Shown: positions 42,731-53,696 of the stretch, piece by piece
Layout: every line of letters starts with the position of its first letter
Numbering within the stretch: position 1 is the first letter of the stretch
NCBI GenBank assembly: GCA_965644495.1
Contig: CBFFSA010000004.1
Span: forward strand, 930,001-994,000
Length of the DNA stretch: 64,000 nt
Reading direction: 5' to 3'
Source: Perkinsela sp. CCAP 1560/9
Taxonomy: Eukaryota > Protista > Euglenozoa: Kinetoplastea
Notes under the pieces: model-generated
What the model saw: the letters and a program-made list of their open reading frames with translations, nothing else
The model's database searches: none
What the model was told of the DNA's origin: nothing
Translations under genes and position numbers: made by a program

Positions 42731-44380
42731 ATGGACTTAGTCAGCGGAGTTCGAAAGAACCTGCAGGACATCTGTGGCGCAGTCGAAGGCATGAAAATTC
42801 TGTTTTTGGATCGCGACTCAAGCGGATTGGTCTCTTTAGTGCTTACACATACTGAATTACTGGAGTACGAAATCTATCTTATTGAAAGCTTTGGAGAGCC
42901 CAGAGAAGCTGCCTTCATGCCACAACTCAAAGCAATTGTTGTTCTTTATCCCTCTGATTATGCCATCGATGCCTTATGTGTGGAGCTACAATCCGCAAGA
43001 TTTGGAGAATACCATATTCATTTCCTCAGTCCACCCTCTGCTGAAATGCTTCAAAAACTCGCCGAGGCAGACACCGGTTTTTTAGTTCTGACTCTACAGG
43101 AGCACTGCTTAAGTATGTACCCTCTTCGCACCGACCTATTCGTTCTACGCGCTGATCCGAGAGCTACTTCCACGACACGAGCAAAAGATGGGTTACTTTC
43201 CGCCCTTCTCAACTGCAAGGTTCGTCCGGATGTAATTCGATACCAGTACAATTCTCCTGAAACGAAAGAGGTAGCCGAAAACTTGAAGTCTAGTTTACTG
43301 GGCTCTTCAGGGATATACAATTTTCCCTCTCATATCTCTGGCGAAATCCTTATTATTGACCGACTCGCCGATCCCTATGCTCCGTTGTTGCTTCCTGTGA
43401 ATTATGAAGCACTGATTTACGAATTTGTCACTAAAACACCATATTTAGATCTTCCCGCTTCTTTGCACCATGAACTTTCGCCCGATGGAGGACGAAAGAA
43501 CGAAGTAGATATTCTTCGAGACAATTTTTTTAGTGTACATGCCAATGATAGCTTTGTGGAAACATGTAAGCAAATAAAAGAACAAGTGATTGATTTGAAA
43601 GAGGGGAAATTAAACTCCAATTCATTGATCGACGCGAAAGCTCAGTTAAAGGCTCCCGATACCAATAGAAGTAGCAAGGTATTCTCCAAACATCTCGATC
43701 TCATTAGCAATTTATCAAAAGAACTTGAACACACAAGCAACACCCGTAAAGTCCAGCATGAGATACTGAATAACTTTAAATCTGAGGAGATTCTCCAAAA
43801 GATTGAAGAATTGTGCGCCTCATGTTCAATTACTCATCGCGACGAGCTTGCGTACATTATTGTATTGTACAGTCTGAGGTTGGACTGGCAAGGACCCAAG
43901 CTTCATGATTCTCATCGAATAGCGTACCACAACAGACTAAGGGAAGCATTGAAGACATTAAATGGTCCGACCGATACACTCCAACGTATCCGCAGCTCGG
44001 GCATCGTTGGACGCAGAGCTCCAAAATCGCTATTGTTTCCTTCTCATACGCTTTCTAAAACTATTCAGAGTGCAATTTCGGGACTAAGTCGGAAGAATGG
44101 TACTCAATATGTACCGCTTGTAGAGAGGTTATTCGCGATGCTACAAGCCGGAACACTATCCTTAGAAACGTTTCCAATGACCGAAAAGAGGAGCACTCCG
44201 AAATGCTCTACGTTCCTTATTTTTGTAATGGGTGGTCTTTCCTATAGAGAAGCTCATAGCGTACATGAGCTAAATAAGCGTTCTGCTGCCACAGTACTTG
44301 GAGATGAAAAGGATGGAAATTGTTTTTTACTCGGCTCGAATTGTATGTTGAGGCGCCGAGACTTTCTGAACACTCTCTAA
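42731..44380 (+). CDS. VPS45: Sec1/Munc18-family protein Vps45
   Basis: GMKILFLD, YHIHF, LAEAD, IIDRLADPYAPLL...YEALIYE and FVMGGLSYREA. Confidence 0.85.
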   Translation: MDLVSGVRKNLQDICGAVEGMKILFLDRDSSGLVSLVLTHTELLEYEIYLIESFGEPREAAFMPQLKAIVVLYPSDYAIDALCVELQSARFGEYHIHFLSPPSAEMLQKLAEADTGFLVLTLQEHCLSMYPLRTDLFVLRADPRATSTTRAKDGLLSALLNCKVRPDVIRYQYNSPETKEVAENLKSSLLGSSGIYNFPSHISGEILIIDRLADPYAPLLLPVNYEALIYEFVTKTPYLDLPASLHHELSPDGGRKNEVDILRDNFFSVHANDSFVETCKQIKEQVIDLKEGKLNSNSLIDAKAQLKAPDTNRSSKVFSKHLDLISNLSKELEHTSNTRKVQHEILNNFKSEEILQKIEELCASCSITHRDELAYIIVLYSLRLDWQGPKLHDSHRIAYHNRLREALKTLNGPTDTLQRIRSSGIVGRRAPKSLLFPSHTLSKTIQSAISGLSRKNGTQYVPLVERLFAMLQAGTLSLETFPMTEKRSTPKCSTFLIFVMGGLSYREAHSVHELNKRSAATVLGDEKDGNCFLLGSNCMLRRRDFLNTL

Positions 44381-44794
44381 AGTCATTACCTTTAGGGAGA
44401 AGATTGCTGATGAGACCCGAATATATTTTCTTCAAATTTTACTACTGCATTTTTATTACTCCATTGAATGGAGTCTATTCTCTAACGGTTCTATACACTG
44501 TATACGCGACGGGTATTGAATCAGAACCAGAATCATAACCAAACTTTGGTTCCCAAACATTGTAACTAGAACATTGCAACCATCACACTGGTCTTTGTCT
44601 AATTTCATTATATTTCATTATATTCACGCGGCGACGTAGGCATTGAACAAGAATTTCATTTTGACTTTCCATGGATGCGCCAATAGTAGGTTCATGTGAC
44701 GAGACGAGTCAATACGAATACAAGGTACCAGAATTGACCGGGAGTAGAGCGTTACAAGCACAGTAAATATAGAATCGCTTTAATAAGTGAAATC

Positions 44795-46324
44795 ATGCGG
44801 TTCTGTGGTAAAATTCATTGTCGATTTCGATGGAAAGAGAACGTCAAGCCACGCGATCCTTTTCGTCACATCACCGAAGAAGGCTACGGAACACATCTCA
44901 GTGCTGGCAGCAATAGGGGTCCGATGTTTTTTAAACCACAAGTCCCAGAACCCCTACGTGAAATAGAGCTCAGTCAGGTAGAACTCACCGATGGTCAGTG
45001 GGTCTCGGAAAATGACGTCCGTGAGCAAGCGCTGTGTGCTACGCTTGACCCCAACCGAATGGGGCTACCCGAACCCTTGGTGCAGAAACTCGCCTCACGA
45101 GGGGTACGCACTCTAACTCCTATTCAGGCTCGCATCCTACAAAGTGCCTATGCCAGAGAGAATTTTGCGCTATGTGCTGCCACAGGAACTGGAAAGACAT
45201 TGGCGCTGTGCGTCGCTTTGGTGGCACGATTCATGCGAGAGGGACCACCGACGACAGGGAGTACGCTCGTGTTAGTACCTACCTGTTTGCTTGCGGAACA
45301 AGTCAAGGAGTGGATTACGGCCCTATGGTGGTATCCCCTTTCCGAGGACCCGCAGCTGGTTCGGATCTTTCGGCACAGTTCCGATGTGACGCGCTACGTA
45401 GAAGACCTTGCAGGACCGAACCGACGTGAAGCCTACGCAAGGGACCCTTTGCCCTACATTACGATCACTACCCCACAAGTCATGTGGAGTGGACTGGAGA
45501 TGTTCACGAGTATGAACACGGGCACTATCACACACAGTCTCTGGCCTTGGTACGACACCCTTGTGATGGATGAGGCCGATGAGATCTTTCCACTTCGAGG
45601 GACAGTCCCCGATTCCACTTCCCCAGGTAGCCGACTGTTTCAATGGCTTTATATCCCCGAGCCCGCTGAGCCTGCACCCCATTTAATGCTAACCTCTGCA
45701 ACTCTCACACCATGTGTAATCAGCCACATGCGTCGTTGTACGAAGAAAAACATTTTTAATACTTTCGGAGAGCAATCCGTTCCATTGGAGTACTCAGGAA
45801 CGAGCCACGCTGGCACGCCACGCTCCAACCTTCGCTGTCATTCTCCACCACAAGATATCGAGTTCACATTTAGAATGCTGTCCCCCCAAAGTTCAATGCA
45901 AGAAAGCTTGGCAACAGTAAAGGCTTATGTACAAAAGGAGCGCGTGAGCGGGTCTGTCCTCGTTTTGGTTCCTACAAACAGCATTGTCACGGACCTCATG
46001 AATCAAGAGCTGTCCTGGTCAGACCTTCCATCGGCTCGCTTAAGCGATATTCGGAAGCAAAGCGATGCGATTACGACATCAAGGAAGGGCAATGTATACG
46101 TAAGCACCCCGTCACAAATTCGGGGAATTGACATCCCATTTCTCGCTGCCATGCACGTCATTTGTATTCCAAGTAGCGTTCGTGAGTTCGTGCACTGGAG
46201 TGGTCGTGTGGGGCGACTTGGTCGAAAAGGGTCTTGTTCTTTTTACGTGCGACCGGAGAATTGCAGGATTATGCAGGATTTTGCGTCCTTATGCAACCTT
46301 GAAGTTAGCTGGGTACCATCGTAA
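44795..46324 (+). CDS. DEAD-box RNA helicase, probably mitochondrial
   Basis: TPIQ, AATGTGKT, VPT, DEAD, SAT, RGID and HWSGRVGR; Arg-rich N-terminus. Confidence 0.85.
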   Translation: MRFCGKIHCRFRWKENVKPRDPFRHITEEGYGTHLSAGSNRGPMFFKPQVPEPLREIELSQVELTDGQWVSENDVREQALCATLDPNRMGLPEPLVQKLASRGVRTLTPIQARILQSAYARENFALCAATGTGKTLALCVALVARFMREGPPTTGSTLVLVPTCLLAEQVKEWITALWWYPLSEDPQLVRIFRHSSDVTRYVEDLAGPNRREAYARDPLPYITITTPQVMWSGLEMFTSMNTGTITHSLWPWYDTLVMDEADEIFPLRGTVPDSTSPGSRLFQWLYIPEPAEPAPHLMLTSATLTPCVISHMRRCTKKNIFNTFGEQSVPLEYSGTSHAGTPRSNLRCHSPPQDIEFTFRMLSPQSSMQESLATVKAYVQKERVSGSVLVLVPTNSIVTDLMNQELSWSDLPSARLSDIRKQSDAITTSRKGNVYVSTPSQIRGIDIPFLAAMHVICIPSSVREFVHWSGRVGRLGRKGSCSFYVRPENCRIMQDFASLCNLEVSWVPS

Positions 46325-46651
46325 AGACGTAACCGTGTGAGTACTCCGTGTGTACTCGGAACCGTGTGTATGGTGTGTCCCTGTGCCAGCGCAGTAAAAA
46401 ATGTACACTACAGTACGGTATAGTACAGTAGTAAGTAAAATGTACTGTACAGTAGTAAAAATGTATATACAGTACGAATTAGGGTAAGAAAAACGAATAA
46501 ACGGGATTGTGGCGATTATTCGAGTTTTGAACTCTTACTTGCACTATTTTTACTTCACTTTCTTTACTTCGTCTTTGAAGTTATGGCTTCCATAATTGGC
46601 CAATAGAGACTTTTCTTCGCAATATTATAATCGCTTTCATAGCGTATCTAC

Positions 46652-46879
46652 ATGGGTAATCGGCACCTTCTCCCTCCACCAATATCCTCTTTAAGACTAT
46701 TCTGTCTTTGCGTTTTCGTGGGTATTGAATGTCTCCCAGTAGCCATTTGGTGGGCGGGCTTTTTAATGTACCCTCCGACTCGTGAATACGGAAAGAAAAT
46801 AGCAAGTTCACACGTTGAAATTACAGTACCTGAGGTTAAAGTAGAGTGCACTTCTCCAGAAGTTGCTCAGGTTGGCTGA
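46652..46879 (+). CDS. Small hypothetical membrane protein
   Basis: Codirectional 75-aa ORF with a hydrophobic segment. Confidence 0.3.
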   Translation: MGNRHLLPPPISSLRLFCLCVFVGIECLPVAIWWAGFLMYPPTREYGKKIASSHVEITVPEVKVECTSPEVAQVG

Positions 46880-47081
46880 TCATGTACATTTCACGGGTTG
46901 CTTCGATCACATTTTCAATTACTCCTATTGGGTGATGCATTCTCTTTACCTGGTTCTTTTTTAACACAGTTATGATACGGTATGTTATTTTTAATTTCAC
47001 GAAAGATTGCTTTCGTTCTTCGAAATGTGCTACAAAGGTCACTTTTAGTGGAATTCTATAGTTTTACGCCGCCTTCCTAAA

Positions 47082-50000
47082 ATGGTGCACTCGTTATCGC
47101 GCATGTGTATTGGAGGCGTGACGCGAGGTTTTGAGCTTCAGGCAAAGCGCAACATTCCGGAGCTCAATCTTGTGGGGTATACTTTTCTTCACGAGAAAAC
47201 GAAAGCCACATACTATCATTTGGCAGCAGACGACTCTCACAACTCATTTTGTCTTGGATTCTGTACTCCCAATCCCAACCACAAAGGAGTTCCTCACATT
47301 CTGGAACACACGACATTGTGTGGAAGCGATAAGTTTCCTGTACGTGACCCCTTCTTCCATATGACTAGACGTTCTCTTGCCACCTTTATGAATGCCATGA
47401 CGGGCACTGATTACACCATGTACCCCTTTAGTACTGTAAATGCTGCTGATTTTCGCAATTTGCTTCGCGTCTATTTGGATGCGGTTTTTAATCCTTTACT
47501 ACGCGAGATGGATTTTCTTCAAGAGGGGCATCGAATAGAGAAAAACGAGGACGATAAGCTATGTATCAAAGGTGTCGTATATAACGAAATGAAAGGATCG
47601 CGGGCTGATCCTTCGAATTATTTCTTTTCCCAGTTGATGCAGTACGCCTTGGTTGGAACGTCCTATGCCAATATTTTGGGTGGATGTCCTAAGTATATTC
47701 CTGACCTGTTACATTCCGAATTAGTTCAGTTTCATCAGCAGCACTATCACCCTTCAAATGTAACCTGTGTATCGTACGGCAATCTATGTCCTGTAGAGAA
47801 CATGGACCTTCTAGACGATGTTTTCAGTAAATTCTCACCGTCTACTCGTGTAGCAGTTCCATTTCTTGAAGAGAAGCTTGTGAACACGAACCCTTCAAAA
47901 CCTATGGTAGTAGAATATGGGCCTCCAGATGCCACCGACGATCCTACAAAGTGTACTCGTATTCTCCTGAGTTGGGCAGTACCAACACATTACTATCAAG
48001 GTTCTCATGAAGAGATTTTACGAAACATTGTTGAATTGGATGTGTTAAGTACGTTGTTGACAGATGGACCCGCTAGTCCAATGTATAAGGCACTTATTGA
48101 TTCCCATTTAGGGTCAGATTACGCGCCCGGGTGCGGCATTACTACAGAATTTAGAAATGCGTTGTTCTCATTCGGAGTACAAGGCGTTGATTATAATCAT
48201 ATTACAGAGAAGGAAGTTTCGCAAGCTGTCCTAACCGCTCTTGAGAGCGCAGCAAAGGACGGTTTCTCAGAGTCCCGTGTAGAAGGAATTTTGCATCAAG
48301 CTTCGTTAAGCCGACGACATAGGGGAAAGAAGTTTGGCTTACAATTATGCATGGGGACGACAACGCAGAATATTCATCAAATGGATGTGCTAGCACAGCT
48401 TGAAACTGGTCACATCTACAATGCGATCGGCCAAAGGCACAAGGAAGACACTAGGTGTTTCACCACGTTAATAAAGAATTTGTTCCTCTCTCGTCCTCCC
48501 CAAGTTACTCTTGTTGTACACGCCGATCCGAAACACAATGAAAAGTTAGCGGCTGTAGAGAAGATTCGAACAGACAACCTTGAGCACTTGCGAAACAGTA
48601 ATGTCATTCAGAGTGCACTTGAAAAAGCTGAAGGCCTTAAGAAGTTCCAAATGCAGGAACCGAACGTATCGGTTCTTCCCACTTTGCGCGTGTGCGATAT
48701 TCCTGACAAGGTGGACGGAGAGCCGCTAGGCAAACTCCACAATGTTGGGAAGAATACTATCGAAGTGATTATAACACCCTGCAATCAATTGATTTATACG
48801 AATGTGTTCATACCACTTAGCATTTCGGAATTTTCACCCGAAGAGCTGTCTTTACTTCCCGTGTATGCTGCTGTCTTAACGGATGTTGGTACCGAATCCA
48901 TGGACTATGAAGCGCTTTCCGTGGCTACGCGTGCACAATGTAGTGGTTTCTCATGTGAGGTCCACCTAGATGTAGACCCTGATCTGACAAAAATGCTCTT
49001 CGGCATCTACCTGAATTTTTATGCCCTCCCAGAAAAATACGACACCGCACTCAAACTATTAGAAGACATACTAGGCGGGGCAAAGTTTGACCACTCGGAC
49101 GACAAAGTGCGTACACAGTTGTATAGCCTGCTATGTGCCAATGCTTCAGGTGCCATGCAGTCGATCCCACGACAAGGTCACGTATATGCTATGACATCGG
49201 CCGCCAGTTTACTGTCTCAACCAGCTGCCGTTGCAAATAAAATCGAAGGACTTGCGCAAGTAGAGTTCCAACGCACTATTCGAGAAAAATTAGTTGAATT
49301 TCCCGATGGCGAAAAAAGGTCAGAATACCTCACAGGTCTTATTCAGAAATTAAGAATATTGCACGAGAAGGTATGTTTGCATTCAATGCAACTATGGGGC
49401 ATTTGCGAGGCGGAACAAGAAGCTGCATGCCTTTCCAAGCTACAAAAGTTTTGCCATCAACTTAGCGCTACCTCCACACACACGAAAAACCAAACACTCG
49501 TTGGTAGCAATACGCTAGAAAATTACGGTCTTCTACAGCAGCGATCTCATGCTCACTATATTGATCTCCCCGGGGAGGTGGGCTACGCCGCTATGGCCAT
49601 TCCCACCTCTTTGTCTCTCCTAAATCCAGAATCCGCACCGCTCCAGGTAGGGCTCCGCATTCTAAGCAATGAGTTTCTCCATAACAAGGTTCGAGAACAG
49701 GGAGGAGCTTATGGCAGCGGTGCAACGCTGTCTCCCTCCGGCCTGTGCTGTGGGATCACTGGGATGTACAGTTATCGCGATCCCACTCCGATGTCATCTC
49801 TTACAGTTATGCAACAGGCCGCACACTTCCTTTCGGCGCCAGATAACGTTGGTGAACGCCAAGTGCAAGAGGCACTGCTTGGGCTCTTTGGCAGTATTGA
49901 TGCCCCGAGGACACCGCAAATGTACGGCCGTCAGCGATATCTTCGCGGTCTTGACGACGAGAAGAGAGAAGCCATGCGCCGCCGATTACTGCAAGTGACC

Positions 50001-50120
50001 GTCCAAGATGTGGTACAGCGCGTCCCGAAAATATTGCGCGCAGCCGAAACTGCACGTGTGGTGTTGGGTGACCCCCAGCAGAAGCCGCAGTCCGAGGAGT
50101 GGGATTGCTCAAAGTGGTAA
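47082..50120 (+). CDS. PITRM1: Presequence protease (pitrilysin M16C, Cym1/PreP)
   Basis: PHILEHTTLCGSDKFPVRDPFF, FMNAMT, GVVYNEMKG, VREQGGAYG and YSYRDP. Confidence 0.96.
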   Translation: MVHSLSRMCIGGVTRGFELQAKRNIPELNLVGYTFLHEKTKATYYHLAADDSHNSFCLGFCTPNPNHKGVPHILEHTTLCGSDKFPVRDPFFHMTRRSLATFMNAMTGTDYTMYPFSTVNAADFRNLLRVYLDAVFNPLLREMDFLQEGHRIEKNEDDKLCIKGVVYNEMKGSRADPSNYFFSQLMQYALVGTSYANILGGCPKYIPDLLHSELVQFHQQHYHPSNVTCVSYGNLCPVENMDLLDDVFSKFSPSTRVAVPFLEEKLVNTNPSKPMVVEYGPPDATDDPTKCTRILLSWAVPTHYYQGSHEEILRNIVELDVLSTLLTDGPASPMYKALIDSHLGSDYAPGCGITTEFRNALFSFGVQGVDYNHITEKEVSQAVLTALESAAKDGFSESRVEGILHQASLSRRHRGKKFGLQLCMGTTTQNIHQMDVLAQLETGHIYNAIGQRHKEDTRCFTTLIKNLFLSRPPQVTLVVHADPKHNEKLAAVEKIRTDNLEHLRNSNVIQSALEKAEGLKKFQMQEPNVSVLPTLRVCDIPDKVDGEPLGKLHNVGKNTIEVIITPCNQLIYTNVFIPLSISEFSPEELSLLPVYAAVLTDVGTESMDYEALSVATRAQCSGFSCEVHLDVDPDLTKMLFGIYLNFYALPEKYDTALKLLEDILGGAKFDHSDDKVRTQLYSLLCANASGAMQSIPRQGHVYAMTSAASLLSQPAAVANKIEGLAQVEFQRTIREKLVEFPDGEKRSEYLTGLIQKLRILHEKVCLHSMQLWGICEAEQEAACLSKLQKFCHQLSATSTHTKNQTLVGSNTLENYGLLQQRSHAHYIDLPGEVGYAAMAIPTSLSLLNPESAPLQVGLRILSNEFLHNKVREQGGAYGSGATLSPSGLCCGITGMYSYRDPTPMSSLTVMQQAAHFLSAPDNVGERQVQEALLGLFGSIDAPRTPQMYGRQRYLRGLDDEKREAMRRRLLQVTVQDVVQRVPKILRAAETARVVLGDPQQKPQSEEWDCSKW

Positions 50121-50497
50121 GAGAACTCTTCTTTACTGCAGGGAGGATAAGATATATCCCTTTATTATATCTGGGCTCATGCTTCCTGATTCAGCAAGCA
50201 ATGTTGCATTTTGTTTTTTACTGTTTTTCGTACAGTATAGCATGCTTCCGAGAATTCTATTTGGTTGGGTTCTATTAGAAATTTGTTTTCGCATTTCACA
50301 TTTTTAATGGATGCTTGAATAGTTTACCTACGTACTTATTTTTTTTTTGCTCTTCAGAATATACAGAACAATATTCAGAACAAATTTTTGAATGAGCGCT
50401 GTAACTCTAATTAGATGATGGGGTATGACAGCAAAAATTGGTGCTATAATGCTATAATTTTTTTCTATAATTTTTTTGCCCTAGAAGACAAAGACAC

Positions 50498-51334
50498 ATG
50501 AACCTTCAGAGCGATTTTTCAGACAGCGTGAAAACAGTGTGTCAAATTTTGAATATTGATTATGCAACCACATTGGACTCTTTATTTTTCCATCTTAATT
50601 CAAAGGAACGTAGTTCCGGAGAAACACGTTTATCCCAGCCCGAGAACGATGTCACATTTCTAGCCCACATAGATGACTACTTGGATGCTACGCTCCTCCA
50701 CCCCAAAGCCACAACGGAGGAGTACGCAAAGCTATGCAAGGACGCTATTAAGCACCGCATAAAAACCGTGTGCGTTCCAAGTTCTCGCGTTGCTGAGTGC
50801 CGCGCCCTTCTGTCCTCCACACCTGTTGTTATTGCCGCAGTGGTAGGATTTCCACACGGCACGGCTCACCTCGCTGCAAAACTTTGTGAAGCAAGACAGT
50901 GTGTGCTCGATGGCGCCCGTGAGATTGACTTTGTGCCGAATTTAGCCAACATCGCTGAGGGTAACCTTGGGGGGCTCTTTGATGAGGTGACACAAATCGT
51001 ACAAGCGAGTTCCCCCGCCAATGTCAAGGTGATACTTGAAACAGCCTGGTGGGATACACCTCAGCTCGAGCGCTGTTGCGTGACCTGCGTACTTGCGGGA
51101 TGTGAGTACGTTAAGACCTCCACAGGGTATAATACAGAGGGGGCCTCTCGTAGTGCAGTGCAAACTATGGCATCAATAGTCGGAACCTCCGCTAAGGTAA
51201 AAGCAAGTGGAGGAATTCGAGACCTTGAAAATGCGCTTTCTTACCTCCATCTTGGTGCAAGTCGGATTGGCACCAGTGCAGCTGTTTCCATTGCATCCGA
51301 GGCTCAGAGCCGGCTGTCTTCTTGTGAGAGATAA
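50498..51334 (+). CDS. deoC: Deoxyribose-phosphate aldolase
   Basis: DATLL, VVGFPHG, GAREIDFV, VKVILET, VKTSTG, KASGGIR and GASRIGTS. Confidence 0.96.
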   Translation: MNLQSDFSDSVKTVCQILNIDYATTLDSLFFHLNSKERSSGETRLSQPENDVTFLAHIDDYLDATLLHPKATTEEYAKLCKDAIKHRIKTVCVPSSRVAECRALLSSTPVVIAAVVGFPHGTAHLAAKLCEARQCVLDGAREIDFVPNLANIAEGNLGGLFDEVTQIVQASSPANVKVILETAWWDTPQLERCCVTCVLAGCEYVKTSTGYNTEGASRSAVQTMASIVGTSAKVKASGGIRDLENALSYLHLGASRIGTSAAVSIASEAQSRLSSCER

Positions 51335-51632
51335 AGTGTATCTTTGTGGAAAGTAGAGCGCGGTTGAATCATCCAGTTCATACGTCTCCAATCCTTGCAA
51401 GTACGTCTTCAAAAGCAGGACTTAAAATGGCGTACCATCTTTATGGACTTACATGATCATTTATTTAGTCTTAGCATTTATTATAATGCTGAAACGTTAG
51501 TAGGCGTACCCTGTCTCAATTTTCACATACAGTAGCTCATTCGCCCTATTAATCGCTTCTTAGCGTACTACTTTACTAACAATTATTGCAATTAAAATAA
51601 AAATCATTTTTTAGGTGAAAGGACGATTTTTA

Positions 51633-52175
51633 ATGCTGCGGAGTCTATGGTTCCGACAAGCGTTCGCTGGTACCCCTACACAATATCCTTACAAGCCCAA
51701 AAATACCAAATGGCATGTCACAGAAAGGTACCGCAAGCAGCGTTTCTGCTACTTGAAGCCCGGAAAATTCATGAGAAATACATGTCCACTACAGAAACAA
51801 GCGAAAGTGTACTGCGTGGATAATTCAAACTGCAGGCAGTTCTACCTGTTGGAACAAATTGATGAGGCGACACATAATCACCGTATGGTGCCCGTTGTCG
51901 TACGTCGTGTGGCTGTGCTTCGTTTTAAGAGTGGAGAAGAAGCGCAGCCGCGACAAAAACTGATTCCCGGAACTATTATGTATGCAGTTGTATTGACCAG
52001 ACGCCAAATGCAACTGAGGCACAGTGGGCTTGGTATTCAATTTGACCGCAATACAGGTATTCTACTGAACGATAAATATGCCCCTTTAGGGACTCGCATT
52101 ATGTACGCCGCTGGGCGGCACATCAATCATAGGTTTTTTCTTAAAACCGCTGTTATGGCTAATCTTATTGTATAA
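51633..52175 (+). CDS. MRPL14: Mitochondrial ribosomal protein uL14m
   Basis: CVDNS, AVVLTRR and FDRNTGILLNDKYAPLGTRI; MLRS presequence. Confidence 0.85.
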   Translation: MLRSLWFRQAFAGTPTQYPYKPKNTKWHVTERYRKQRFCYLKPGKFMRNTCPLQKQAKVYCVDNSNCRQFYLLEQIDEATHNHRMVPVVVRRVAVLRFKSGEEAQPRQKLIPGTIMYAVVLTRRQMQLRHSGLGIQFDRNTGILLNDKYAPLGTRIMYAAGRHINHRFFLKTAVMANLIV

Positions 52176-52344
52176 TGTGTTGGATGATTCTTCGATTATT
52201 GTGGTAGGTTATCGTGGACTTGTGTTAGGCGTTGAAGTACCTTGTTGAAATATTCTGTGCTTCACACCAAGTGCTAAACTATTCCCGTAGCATAGTTCAT
52301 CAACTACTAGGCCTTTAAGTTGCTTTTAATTTTTATTGTCGTAC

Positions 52345-53169
52345 ATGGACGAGGAAAGTGTTCCATCTACTCGTGGAGGCAAAGTTTGTGGAGCATCGCT
52401 ACCCCAGGAATATTCTATGGATCTTTTTCTTCGCAATGTCACTAATCGTCATTCATCGTGGTCTACCTTGACGCCTGCCTGTAAGTGGAACCTTGTTACT
52501 TGCGCACAGGAAAATCATGTTATTGAAATTGAATGGGACGATCGCGATCTACAGGGGACACTTTCGTGGTCCCACTTACCGATAACCACTACGTGGCTTA
52601 CTCTCGGAACGATGTGGGACAGTGGTGCTCACAATATTCTTGAAGGTGCAATACCGGTCGAAGTCCTTCCTCCCTTTCTCTCGCGGTTAGATTTATATAA
52701 TAATGCATTTAACGGTGAATTTTTATTTACGAAACTTCCTCCAGGTCTCACATGTTTAGGACTTTCGGATAACGATTTATGTGGTGTCGTTGATTGTACC
52801 GGACTCCCACAAGGTCTTTTCTCGCTTAGGATCGATAACAACTCATTTTCAGGCCAACTTGTTCTGACTTCGCTTCCACCACACCTCACCACTTTTTCTG
52901 CAAGGAATAACAATTTTGAAGGTCCGATTATGCTTAACAACCTTCCGTCCGGGTTGACCTACTTAGACGTTTCAAAAAATAATCTCTTGGGAAAGCTTGA
53001 TTTCCGAGGATTGCCTTCCCGATTGACGTATCTATATCTAAATGAAAATAATTTTAGCGGACAATTAGATCTTTCACTTCTCCCTCCATTTATTAATTTT
53101 TTTAATATAAAGCACAACTCCTTTGAACTACTGCTAAGTCCGCCAAATGGCTGCACTTTAATTGTTTGA
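52345..53169 (+). CDS. Leucine-rich repeat protein (intact family member)
   Basis: N-cap ACKWNLVTC followed by 24-aa LPxxLxxLxLxxNxFxG repeats. Confidence 0.9.
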   Translation: MDEESVPSTRGGKVCGASLPQEYSMDLFLRNVTNRHSSWSTLTPACKWNLVTCAQENHVIEIEWDDRDLQGTLSWSHLPITTTWLTLGTMWDSGAHNILEGAIPVEVLPPFLSRLDLYNNAFNGEFLFTKLPPGLTCLGLSDNDLCGVVDCTGLPQGLFSLRIDNNSFSGQLVLTSLPPHLTTFSARNNNFEGPIMLNNLPSGLTYLDVSKNNLLGKLDFRGLPSRLTYLYLNENNFSGQLDLSLLPPFINFFNIKHNSFELLLSPPNGCTLIV

Positions 53170-53696
53170 AATTCAAACATTCTAAATAGCCCTTTTTTTA
53201 AGTGATCATTATGGTCAAATCTCCCCTTTTTTCCCCCGAATATTTAAACGTTTTGAACGGCACTCCAAATACTAAATTTTTAATTGTATTTCATCAGCTC
53301 ATCTTCTGAGGCTGAAATAAAGGCCATTCGTGCTTTCAATTTCCCATTTCTCTCGTTCATGTGTTGTCCATACAGTATCGACACCCTACAGAACTTTATA
53401 AGTGTATCACACCTTTTGTCAACCTGGTGTACCACAATTTGAGCCGTAGAACTCTTATTTTCTATACAATATAATTTTCTATACTCTTATTTTCTATACT
53501 ATAATGTCCCCGAATGTCTTGGTTTAAATAAGTCAATGTCTTCTCTTTTGTCAATACCAATCTAGAAGGCTTGTAAAATTGCTCAACTCGAAAAAACTTC
53601 GACGTATTTTTTTTCGGAAAAAAATGGGGGATAAAAAGGGAGATTCCACCATCATTATCAGTAATTGTTTATTAATAGAAACTTCAATTAAGGGTA